From: Gracilinanus agilis
Taxonomy: Eukaryota
Length of the DNA stretch: 64,000 nt
Direction of reading: 5' to 3'
Assembly (NCBI RefSeq): GCF_016433145.1
Contig: NC_058135.1
Location: 198,454,857-198,518,856 of the forward strand
Part shown: in pieces, positions 51,891 to 63,840 of the stretch
Position numbering within the stretch: position 1 is the stretch's first letter
Layout: each line of letters begins with the position of its first letter
Translations under genes and position numbers: made by a program
The notes under the pieces: generated by a model
The model's input: only the letters and a program-made list of their open reading frames with translations
Databases searched by the model: none
Told to the model about the DNA's origin: nothing

Positions 51891-53245
51891 TCTAACTTTG
51901 TCCAAGCCCCATTTTTTCTAAAGGTCCCACAGGTCAGTAGTGAGTCAAGATTCAAACTCAAGTCTTCTGACTCTAAATCTAGAACTCTTTCCTCGGTCTT
52001 ATTGTTCTTTTTCCATGTCCCTATGAATTTGTATTTCGCTTAGATAGTGATGACTAGGAGATGTAAGAAAGGAAGGAAGTTGTTAGTCAACCTTTAATGT
52101 TCTACTATAGTTAAGAAGTGAAAATAAGTTTGAATTGACATGTGATTAGGAACTCTTTAATAATATCCCATTTTCTTTAGAAAGGTGATAAAGCAATTCT
52201 ATGAAATTAATGACTTTGAACCTACATCCTGGAGTAAATTCAGTCATGAGGAAAAGGCTTCCTTCTCAAACATTCAATTAGTAGTGCATCAAGATGAAAA
52301 GTTGATCATGCATGTTGTCAGAATGAAAATTGGGTCCTGTGACATAGTTTTAGTGACCACTTCTAATTCAACTCAAACACCAATTAGTCTTCAGACACAT
52401 TTTCTATCAATGAAAATAGATATTCATTGGTTGTAGCAGTATAGGTGCAATAAGAAGGAGAAGGGAGGAGAAGGGGAAAATCTTTTATATATCACCTAAT
52501 ATGTACCAGGTACTGTGCTAAGTAAGTACTTTACAAATATTGGTCTAATTCTCAAGACAACTCTGAAAGATAGCCTCTATTATTAACTCCATGGTACAGA
52601 TGAGGACATTGAGGCAATCAGAGATTAAATTACCTAACCAGGATCACACACATAGGAAATGTCTAAGCCTAGACTTGAACAGAGATCTTCCTGACTTCAG
52701 ACCCCAAATTCTATATATACTGTCACCTAGCTTCCCAAAAGTTAAATAGCATATTTTGAGATGTTTTCTAGACATCACCCTATCCACCTCCAACATCTTT
52801 AGACTTGCTTTCATAGAAGAGTACTGAATGTAAATAAATTGCTAAATTCAGGTAAAGTATACATTAAATGGACTTGGGTACTGTTTTGACCCTGGGTTTG
52901 TTGCAGAAACAATTAAAAACAATATCTTGAGTTTAAAATTTACCATTTGAATATTATTATGCCAATTTTTAAGTTCCTGAGGTTGTCTAGAATATATATA
53001 TGTATATATAAAACTGCTATAACACTACTGTCTAAGTCCACTATGTTTAGTGCTATATTTTCATTAGAAATCAAAGGATGTTCCAATATGGATGCTGTTG
53101 ATACATGTTTCCGGCCTCTTCTCATAAATTTCTGAATGTTTTAAATATCTATAATGATGAACCTATTTAGTGAAGATACACACAGATACATACAGATTAG
53201 CTTAGCTAGGTGTCAATGAATAGAAAGCTAGAGATAGGGCCCTAA

Positions 53246-53490
53246 GGGCAGCTAGTTGGTACAGTGGATAGAGTGCCAGGCCTGTAATCAGAAAGGCTCA
53301 CCATCATTCTAAGTTCAAATAAGGCTTCAGATATGCACTAACCGACCTTAGACAAGTCAATTTAACCAAATTTGCCTCAGTTTCCTCACCTAAAAAATAA
53401 ATGGAAAGAAATGGCAAAGTATTTTAGTATTTCTGCTAAGAAAATTCCAAATGGGGGTTAGAAAAAGTAGGATATGACTGAAAAAAACAA
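53246..53490 (+). mobile_element. MAR1-type SINE
   Basis: gggcagctagttggtacagtggatagagtgccagg...gaaatggcaaagtattttagtatttctgctaagaaaattccaaatgggg. Confidence 0.85.
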
Positions 53491-54210
53491 AGTGGAGTCA
53501 TGTAGACTTTTATGTAAATCCTTCTTCAGACATTGGCTGTCTGACACTGGGATTCTGAATCTTAATTTCCTCGTCTGTAAATTAAGGATAAGGATAGCAC
53601 CTACCTCAAAGGATCAATGCGATAAAATGTGTAACAGCACCTTGCTAAACTTAAAGTAGAAATTATATGTGTGTGAGTAATCAATCCTATGCATCATACC
53701 TTTCAATATTTTTAATAGGCTAAAAAAAAAGTTAAAAAATGTCTCCATCACATTAGGCTCTACCATATTCATATTTTTAATTTAAATTTATTTGTTTGTT
53801 AGTAATAGTGATAACAGTAGTAGAACTAATGTTAGTTATTAAAAATAATAACAGCAAACATTGATATTATCCTATCAATCATTACATAGTATCACATTTG
53901 ATCCTCAAACAAACTTCAGATTCTTCAGGAAAAAGAATTCTCTAGCAAGGAATGTCAGCAAATACATTCCGCTATTGCACACTGATCTGACATATTCTAT
54001 ACCTAAGAAGAATTGATTTGGATCAGCTATGGATGAGCTAAAGAGGATCTAGAACCATCTTTGGCTGATGAATTTGATCAACAAAGCAAGTTGGGACTAT
54101 TTCAAAATCAATCTATTCTCATTGGGGAGGAAAAAAGTGTAAAACATGCCAGCAACACTGCTGGAAGTTATCAGATAACAACTTAAAAGAAAGGGTGTTA
54201 AACAGCTTAC

Positions 54211-54275
54211 TTGATTTAGGGGCACATTCTGATAGAGCCAAAGATTTAATGAATGGTACATTCAGGTTTACTCCA
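54211..54275 (-). other. Candidate internal exon, 65 nt (gene unidentified)
   Basis: Acceptor tcttttgattttggttttgtttcatttAG, donor caa|GTAAGC, single open frame GVNLNVPFIKSLALSECAPKS. Confidence 0.3.
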
Positions 54276-54821
54276 CTAAATGAAACAAAACCAAAATCAA
54301 AAGAACAACATAAAAAGACTGATGATATCCATAGCATATTCCCATAGTTTTAAACTCCAAACACAAAACTCAAAAAGCATCTCAGACAATTCATTTCACC
54401 AAATATTTATTATCAATGCATATTTAAAAGGATTCTTTTAAAGGAATTTCTAGCAGCACAACTGAAAGCCTCATTAAAATTTTTAATTGTAAGTTATTGT
54501 GCTTAAGGGAGTTTTCACCCCAATATATATTCTTTTCTCACTCATACCTGAAGAGTATTTAATAATAATTAAATATTGTCTTTAATCTCCAAATAAAAGT
54601 TGTTTGAAAATTCATCCGGAAGTATACTATTTTAAAAGTCTGTATTCCAAATTACATTTTCAAGAAAAGCTATTCTTGGCTCCTCAATTGCTGCTCCTCT
54701 GAGACAAGTCCTTTTAGAAAGTACCCCAAATTCCAAAGAGTCTTCTGTTATTAGAAATTACCTATCACGTCTCCCAGTCCCTTAGAGACCTAGTAAGGTA
54801 ATAGATTCATTTAAGCTCAAG

Positions 54822-55050
54822 TTGTTGTTCTGTCTTTTCAGTCATGACCAATTCTTTATGGCCCCATTTGGGGTTTCTCTTGGCAAAAATATTGGAGTGG
54901 TTTGCCATTTCCTTCTCCATCTCATTTTACAGATGAAGAACTGAGGCAAACAGAATTAAATGACTTGTCCAGGGTTACATAACTAGTAATTATGTAGATT
55001 TGAACTCAGGAAGATGAGTGTTCCTGACTCCTACTCTGGCACTTTCAAGT
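54822..55050 (-). mobile_element. MAR1-type SINE
   Basis: ccccatttgggtttctcttggcaaaaatattggagtggtttgccatttccttctcc...ctgaggcaaacagaattaaatgacttg. Confidence 0.9.
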
Positions 55051-55441
55051 GATCATTGCTTTATGACTTACTCTCTTTCCTCATCCTCCTTCCTCACAAT
55101 CTTCCTGTCCCTCTCCCTTCTTCTTCCTACTGAATATATGCTTACTAAGGCCTTCTATTTTTTAATCCAAATGAATATATTATGGAGATCATTAGACAAT
55201 ATATTATTGGGGAGGAGATTTTTAGACAGGAAGGCCAGTTCTCTAACACATATCTTGTAAGACAAATCTTAGTGATTTTTTTAAGTCTGAGGTTTGAATT
55301 AAAATTTTGAATTTCTTTGTGATTTCCAAATAGATTAAAAAAATTTAAACTACCAGTATGTCACCACAGTAAAACTATTCCTAAAACAGAAAAATTAATA
55401 CCCTTTTGAAGTTGATGATAAATAAATTTAAAGGAACAACA

Positions 55442-55908
55442 CCATGTGTATAAATTTACTATACATATCAAAAGTACAGTGATCCCTCACCTATGGCAAG
55501 AGTTAGGTTCCAGAGAACCCCGCAATAGTTAAAAATCCACAAAGTAGAAGCAATATATATATATGTATATATATATAAACATAATGTTTCTGAAGCAGCT
55601 ACAAAGGCAATTCATTCAAAATTAAAATATCAAGTATTAATTATTCTTCTTATTTTTCATATTTCATTATTTTANCCATGTGTATAAATTTACTATACAT
55701 ATCAAAAGTACAGTGATCCCTCACCTATGGCAAGAGTTAGGTTCCAGAGAACCCCGCAATAGTTAAAAATCCACAAAGTAGAAGCAATATATATATATGT
55801 ATATATATAAACATAATGTTTCTGAAGCAGCTACAAAGGCAATTCATTCAAAATTAAAATATCAAGTATTAATTATTCTTCTTATTTTTCATATTTTATT
55901 ATTTTATT
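55442..55908 (+). repeat. 233-bp tandem duplication separated by a single N (probable contig-overlap artefact)
   Basis: 55442-55674 recurs from 55676 with one visible mismatch near its end; N at 55675. Confidence 0.85.
55477..55550 (+). mobile_element. Tigger/pogo-like (Tc1/mariner) terminal fragment; repeated at 55711 by the duplication
   Basis: TA|CAGTGATCCCTCACCTAT...GTTCCAGA..CCCCGCAATAG...AAAATCC, Tigger-type end with the preceding TA target. Confidence 0.65.
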
Positions 55909-56109
55909 ATTATAGATTATTAATTTATTTTATTAATATATTTTAATCAATATATTTATTATATATTTATATAACACTGTATGTTTATATAATATAATTA
56001 TTTTATTAATATATTTATTTAATGTATATTATATATTTTTATTATTTATATTTTAGTATTTTAGTATATTAATATTAATTAATATTAATATTAAAATATT
56101 CTTGTGGAA

Positions 56110-56700
56110 TTTGTGCTTACAAACTCTTCTTTGTCCATCTAATCCATTATCCATACAGCTGCCAAATGAATATTCCTTAGACAGAAGTCTGACCATAGCA
56201 TTCTCTTAATCAAAAATTTTAAGGATTGGTTTCCTCTTGCCTCTGAGATGAAAGAGAAGCATAGAACCAAGGCTAGAGAGTTGGATGGGACTTCCAATGG
56301 CCATCTAGTCCAACCCAAAATTTTATAGATGAGAAAACTATGCCCTGAGGAAGTTAAGTCACCTGAGTTCTGAGCAACAGAGCCAGGATTCTCTTTCCAC
56401 AATACCACACATTGTCACCTGGGCACTTAAAGCCCTTTTTTAGTTTCCCAACCACCCTGAAGAATCTTATAGCTGAAATTTATATAGTGCTTTAAGATCT
56501 CCAGAGAATCCCTTCTCATCCTCTAGAAGGGCTACTCTATCTCCAACTCAGTGTCTTTGCCATTGAACATGCTGCCCCAAGCCTCAGTGAACATTCTTCT
56601 CACTTTTACCTTTGATAATGCCTAATTTCCTTCAAGGCACATTTGATATTACCATTTATTTGAAGTCTTTCCCTGACGACTTGCTTCCTCTTTCATTCCT
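56110..56700 (+). mobile_element. L2 fragment interrupted by a MIR3 (~56260-56410, -)
   Basis: catctaatccattatccatacagctgccaaatgaatattcc...; inner ggccatctagtccaaccc...ttttatagatgagaaaact. Confidence 0.65.
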
Positions 56701-59379
56701 ACTCCTACCCTCTCCTGCCTAAGTGCTAATGTACCATTCCTATATAAATCAGACTTTTATTAAGTTCTGATATCATGTATGGCACTGTGCTCCTTGCAAA
56801 GATAATTATGTATGACAGAGGCTCTGCTCCCAAGAAGTTTATAATCCACTGGGGCCACCTAAAGAAATCATACTCAACATAAACCATAAAGGACCTACAT
56901 GGTACCAAATTTATACCAAGTATTAAAAATACAAAGTAAAAAAAAATAGCCTCCGTGGTCAAAGAGATGATGTTTTGGCTTAGATAATATGATTCTTTTG
57001 TTATTTTTTCTAAATTTTGTTGATCCAAAGAAAACAAATTTCAAATTTAACCTAGAAAATACTCATATAATGAAGTTATCTCTAAGGGGAAATTGTTGAA
57101 ATAAAACTGAATACCCTGAAAATTTCTAAAGAAGTTTAATATAGAAAGGACAAATTTAAATATCTAAACTATTCAGAAAATCCTGAGGCAGGAAAGAAAA
57201 AAAGTCTATCCTGATCATGCACTGTCTGGGGCAGATCAGCAATGATGGGGCAAACAGCCAGATAGTTATGGGATTCTGAGTCGATCTTTTCTGACAGACA
57301 CAGATCATTCATTTAATGACTCCAAGAGTATATCACGATTGTCACACCTTAGATGTGCTAAAACTGTGCCTAAAACTTTGTTCCCAAATTTGTATAGTCA
57401 AGGCAATAAAATTAAGGCTAATTAAAAAATTAGGCAGTGTTAAGCTAAAACACACTGCTTCTTATTAGAAGTACTTCTAAGGGAAATGAGTTGAAGAAAT
57501 AAATTACATTCAGGTGTGATAGAAGAGAATCTACACCAAGGAAACTACAAAACTTTGAAGTACTAAAAAGAATAGAGGTAAAATTGGGATGAGTTAGAGG
57601 GAGCTCTGCTAAAAATAAGAACATCAACATTCAACTAAGAAAAATAAACATCATGATGAGGACAAAGGGTTATTAGAAAGCGAATTCTATCCTTGGAAAA
57701 TTTCACAGAGATTTTAATGAGAAATAGCAATATTTTTGTTATAATCGGCACTTTAATCTTTAAGTACATCATTTCAACTGAACACAGTCAGTTTCATAAG
57801 CAAATATGAGAGGTCTGGAGTCTGGCCTCTAAAGACTTCTTCAAATCAAAATCATGTGATTCTGTGATTCTAGCATTTGTCTAGCTCTTCCTCATACCAC
57901 CATATTTATATTGAATCAAGGAGGTTTTATTGTATAAATGAACAAAATGAGTTTCCTGGAAAATAACGAAGTAGTTAAAAACAAAACTAAATCTGGGTAT
58001 CATTTTCCATAAGCCAGGCCTTGGTTGGGTCCATGTTTAATGTCATAAAACAGTGAAATAAACTGATAAATGTAGCTGTTAGTACTAGCATCAGGACAAA
58101 TCAGGAAATTACTGCACAGGTGTATGTCATCAGCATGTGATTGTTAATTAAAATTAAATGATATGAATATCAATATGAAATTAATAAGTATTTTAACAGA
58201 AAAAACATAGGCTGGCTTAGAAAATGAATAGCTTATTAGATGTTTATCTAATTTTTAAATTTTTGAGAGATGAAAAACTTTGAAGGCAGAGGTAACTATC
58301 AATAAATTTTCAATAATCACATCCACTAATTATCATGAATCTATTCTAAATACAGAGATTTTAACCTGTGAGTTTTGTCAACTATGTTTAATGAAAACTC
58401 ACAAAGCAGAGCACTGAAAGATGTATTACAAGGGTCAAAAAGAGGAAATAAAATGGATAGAGCCTACCTCAAGGAGTTTATCTGGGGTGACAGAAGGGAC
58501 ACTAAAATAACTATAACATAATCTAGCTCTCCAGCCTTTACATGTGGCTATTTGTTTTTTTAAAACCAAAGTGAAAGTTTTCATCTTAATCTTTATAAAA
58601 TTTCTTCTTATTAAATGTATTCCACTGAAAACTCAGCACTTTAAGATTTTTTAAATGGCAATTTAATTTATTTTAATGTACAGAAGATGAAAATAAGGGT
58701 AGTAACTGAAGTGAGATATAAAAGAGTATGAAAATGTCAGTGACACATAAGTGCAGATTGGGCTGAAATTGCCAATGAACTCCAATAACAGGGACAAGAA
58801 GAAGACCAAAGAACATTTTGTTATTCAATTTGTTGCTAGAGATAATAGAAAATTGAAATAAAATTTGCCAATTTTAAAGCAGTATACAAATTGTTATCGC
58901 TATTGTTATTTGTTTAACTAATACTATTACTTCTGTTAATGTTATGACTGCTGCTGCAGCTTCCAACTACTACTATTACTACTATGAAAATGATGATGAT
59001 GCTTCCAATCTGGAGTTCTTCAGGAACAAACTATCCATTGGATATTATAAAGGGGATTTCTAATTTCTAGTCAAGTACAGATCGGATAATTTTATTACCA
59101 CTTGGCATGGCTGAGACAAAGTTCTAACTGGATTCAGATGACAGGGTTAATATTAAGCTCCATGCTTCTGAAACTTCTACTCGTAAGACTTTGTATCTGA
59201 GATCTGATTAAAATTCAGGTCTTTCTGACTCCAGGCTCAGCCTTCTATCCACTGTGTCATTTTGTTCCCTCTACTTACAGAATAAGTAGTTTTCTCTTCA
59301 TTGATAGCGATGGGTGATAATAGGCATATAACATTGGATTTTTCTAAGTAATTTTGAAAGAAGACTATGAACCAGTTAA

Positions 59380-60095
59380 CATCTAAGAGCAACATCCAAG
59401 TGGATTTAGTCATCTACATATAAATAAAAAGGCATCAAGCAATTGCTGAGTTATGTGGATCTATTTGAAGAAAGAGGGGTTTATGATAGCAATTAAGGAC
59501 CACCTCATTGACACTAGAAACTACAGAAGGCTTACTCGTAAAGAGCCTAGACTTGGTGATTAATGTAGATTGTGAAGGAAACAGCAGAAACAGTATGACA
59601 CACGCATCAATGCAGGCTGCAAAAATTTAGCACCTATCAAAATATGAAGAAAGGCATAACTTGGTGACTAGAATTGTATATTAGAAGCATGCTATTTTTC
59701 ATGACCTGACAGACAATAAATCACCCTAACATAAATATAGACTTCAAAATATCCTGGAGAATTCAACCAGTAAACTGTAGAGAAATTGGAACATCATTAC
59801 AGACTTATCTCCTACAAAAAAAACCTAAGAAAAACATTTTGAATAAATCATGCCATCTAAAATACTCATAATCTTCAACTACATGGGATAAAAAAGCTTT
59901 CAAAATATAAAGACTTGGTAAAGTAGAGGAAATCATGTGGGAATAGGATTAAGCACACATCTTCCCTGTTTTCTTGTCTGACACTAAAGTTGAATTAAGG
60001 ATGCTTTCAGTGAACCACAGAGGATGGGCTTATCCTCTGATAAATTTATATGACTACAAAAGGTAATTTTATCACCAGTGCCATCATTTATAAAA
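59380..60095 (+). mobile_element. Fossil R4/Dong-clade non-LTR retrotransposon 3' end (probably Mam_R4)
   Basis: Frameshift-tolerant translation: HP.GFSHLHINKKAS.N(W)LSYVDLFEE(T)EGFMIAIKDHLIDTRNYRR...D*CRL*...ETV*H.INAGCKNLA..KYEERHNLVTRIVY*...KYRLQNILEN...KL..NWNIITD...NTHN....KKLSKYKDL...IMW....FPVFLS...MGL....FI*LQKVILS. This is the motif order of the R4/Dong post-RT, CCHC and restriction-like endonuclease region. Confidence 0.88.
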
Positions 60096-60649
60096 CAAGG
60101 AATACAAAGGAATAATAGCAAACTGTCCCAAAGATGTTTCTATTTGAACCTGAATAGTAAAAGATAAGATTGAGAAAAACAACAATAGCAAGCTCCTTAA
60201 AGCCCAACCCATTATTCATGTCACAGAGGGTAGGGCAAAGTAAGAGCATGTCAACCAGGAAGATGTGCAAGCTGAGACTTCAATTGCTCTGAAATGACAG
60301 AAACCCTGAAATACTATAGGCTAAATGGGCTTTGGCTATATCATTGATAGGGCAGATTTGACCAAAACACTGAAATATTGGGAGTCCAAGAAAGAGGGCA
60401 GTATATGACCGCTGACTGTCTCTACTAAGACCTGCAATGATGATCAGCTTAATAGAGAGGACAGCAAAGCAAATGGTACAAATCAGAAATACCAATACAC
60501 TATGTGCTTGTACTGTCTGGGAACTGCATTTGAAGTAATGAACAGTTACATAATGCCCATCTTTTTGTATGCTTATAGCACAAGAAAATGGATGAAAGTA
60601 GACAGAAGTGTTGCCCCCCAAAATATCCATACCATGTTTGTTTAAAAAG

Positions 60650-60800
60650 AATTTTAATATCTTTTTTTGTTTTTACACTACCTAAGTTTCTCCCATATCC
60701 TTCCCTCTTCCCTTTGCACTCAATCCTTAAAAACAATTTTTAAATAAAAGTGTAAAAATCAGCAAAATCTGTGAATATGTCAAAAAATTTGACAGCATAC
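60650..60800 (-). mobile_element. L1 3' UTR fragment
   Basis: T-rich tail followed by tttctcccatatccttccctc...aaaatcagcaaaatc...tttgacagcatacaatg. Confidence 0.55.
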
Positions 60801-63559
60801 AATGTTAAAGAAACACAGGTAACTATGGAAAGATAAACACTTTCTCTTCAAAAAAAGACTGATCGAAATTTTAAATCTACAAAAGATGAGCTTTATTTTT
60901 ATTTTTATTCAATTATAAAAATAGTAGTTTTATCACCCTCTGAAGATTAGCAGAGTATTAAACATAAAACAATAACAGCGAAGTAGCAACTTGTTCTAGG
61001 ACTGTTTCTATCCGAACTCTATTGAAAAAGATAAGAACAATAATATTGATAACAAGAACTAAAATTTATATGGTTTTCAAGTAGTTCTATGTCAAGATGA
61101 AAATTATGTTAAAGACAAAGAAAGGAAAGCAGGTATTTTTTATCAATAATAGAAGAACTAAAACATATGTTTTCACAACACAATAATAAAGAAAAAAAAT
61201 TAAGTGTGTTTCTTTCAGATGACTATTAACGGAAAAGGACTAGGAGTATCAGAGAGAGAAAAGTCTTTCTAACAGTCAAGAAGAGTAGATCAAACATTTT
61301 GTCTCCCAATGATGAAACATGCCAACAGAAATGAAAATTGCTGGAAAACTCAAATGAGAAAAAAATACTTTAAAGAAATTTAGAAAAGTCAAGCATTAGG
61401 AAAACATCATAAAATTTGGATGCTGTCCTGGGACATGGACAAAATACTGATAGCTGAAAGTTTTAATAAAAATTATACATTCTAATCTCTAGGAGGAAAA
61501 CTGAAATCCAAGTCCATTTCTGGATGTAACACTATTCAAAATGTTTTTTTTTTAAATTGATGATCACATGCCAATGACCTCAAATTTCACTGTTTGGAGG
61601 TCTTATATATGTGTTACATATATACACACATCCATACATTTGCATTCATATCATGCATATAAATTATTTTGTTTATATAAATATCAAGAAACCAATTGTT
61701 TTTTTTTTATTGGTGCACAGAGCTACTTAGTCTGAGATTACCTAAGAAAATGATTTACTTATTACTGTTTAAGACCATACAAAATATAAGAGGTAGTCAC
61801 AGGAGTAGGGAGTAGTGGACCGAGTCCATCCCATTACCAAGAAAGTAGAGGAAAAATCTTCTAAAAAAAGGAAAAGTTCCCACGATAATTCTTACTCAAC
61901 TTTCCTTTTCCTGGTGATTTTGAATGGCAGGTCCTTTAGTCAGGTGAATTTTAGAAATGTTAAACCAAGTGGAATTGAAAGATTCAGTCTTTTTGATTTT
62001 CTGAGGCTCATCTAAATTGCCTTGATACACGGGGGACAAGGAAATAGAAATACCAGTCCTTCCATGCATGTATAGCTCCCCTCCAGGGATTCCCCTCTGG
62101 AGAATATTACGGCTCACAGTCTTTGGTCCTGGGACTGATTTGTCTCTGCAAAGAAGACTGACCAGCATTAGGCTGAGTTTTTAATTGTTTTACCATATGA
62201 GTTTCTGCTTGCTCTTTCCCTTGCTCCGTCTTTCTGCTCTCTTCTTTCTTAGTTTGCCTCTACTATACTATTTACCTCAACTCTTCTCCTTAATTTTCTT
62301 TGGCATAAACCATTTTCCAGTCTAATGTTCAAAATTACGTGCTTTTCTATGAAAATGCTTTCTGCTACTCTGGGAATTGTCTAGAGTAAAACTCATAAAG
62401 TTAATCTACTTGTAAATATTCCCCCATTCCACAAATTTCATTGAGTATCTACTGTGTGAAAGACTATAGAAAAGTAGGATATGGGCCTCTACCTTTAAGC
62501 AGCATCTAATTTACCCAGGAAGATGTAATAAAGCTATAATATAAGAAAATATGGAATATGAATTAAGAAGCAGCATTTCACATGGGAAAGAATACTAGTG
62601 TTGTAATTAGGAGACCCTTGGGGTTAAATCCTGGCTCTTATATTTGCTAATTGTGTGTGGTCCTGGAAGGGTCACTTGATCCTTCTGAGCTTGTTTTCTC
62701 ATCTGTAAAGTAATTATAATATTTGATCTACATATCGCCTACGTGTTTTTTTGGTGAGGAAAATATGTTAAACTTTGAGTTGTGTTAGAAATTTGGCATA
62801 ATAGAAAGAGCATGGGATGTGAAGTTTGAGGATCTTATTCATACAATGACTCTGTTAGTAACTACCTATTTGAGTTGGAGCAATCTTTTAGCTGGACTCA
62901 GTTTCCTCAATTTTGCAATTAGTAAAGAGCAGAAGCAAGATTCCTAAACCCAGGTCTTCAGATTGCAAACTAGGAGTGCGCATGTATTATCTCTCTCCCT
63001 CTGTGTGTGTGGTGTGTGTATACACATACAGGCACATATACACATGTGTGTATGTGTGTGTCGGTGTGTGTATATGAACATATATGTATAAATTCATGAG
63101 TGCTGCCCCTTCCCCACCCATAATGGCCCCATCCATGATTTCATTCATCTGAGATTTCATTCATGGAGAAAACCACTCTTGAGGAAAGTGAATCTCCCTA
63201 TGAGGATCAGTACCAGCTCTGCAAACTAGAGTCTTAGAGATGCTTCATATAGGGAAAAGCTAAGTAAATTGCAAATGAGAACAAGGTGATTGGCAGTATT
63301 CTAGGAAAAGGTTTAAGGTAAGCAATAATCCTTGATCTCATAGCTGAAGGACACGAGAGATTCTAAGAGTCTGGGGTAAGGAGGGGCGCATCCTTGCAGG
63401 CATGGGAGACAAGAGAAAGGAAATGGGTTGCGAAATGCCACATATGAGAAATAAGAAGAAGGCCAGTTTCAATGGCCCATAGAGTAGGAGGGGTAAAACT
63501 GTAAGGGGAAGAGAATGAGCATTTATTCAGTACCTACTATACACCACTGCAGCACAAAT

Positions 63560-63840
63560 AACATGGAAAAGAAGAAAGAAGAGTATTATTAACTCGCATT
63601 ATGTGCCAGGCACTGTGCTAAACATTTCACAAATATTATCTCATTTGATCCTCACAACCCCCTGGGAGGTGGATGCTATTATTTATTATTATTATTATTA
63701 TAATTATTCCTATTTTATAGCTAAGAACTCTGAAGCAGACAGCTTTCTGGGGTAACACACCTTTTTGGTGTCGAAGGCACAATTTGACTTCAGCTTTTCC
63801 TAACTCCAGACCCAGCATTCAATCCACTGTGCCACTTCCA
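63560..63840 (-). mobile_element. MIR-like/marsupial CORE-SINE
   Basis: atgtgccaggcactgtgctaaacatttcacaaatattatctcatttgatcctcacaaccccctgggaggt...ctccagacccagcattcaatccactgtgccac. Confidence 0.85.

Noticed and set aside
57508-57562. 55-nt minus-strand exon-like segment with a CTAAC branch-like motif
   Set aside because: Weak donor (aat|GTAATT) and phase not compatible with the next candidate exon
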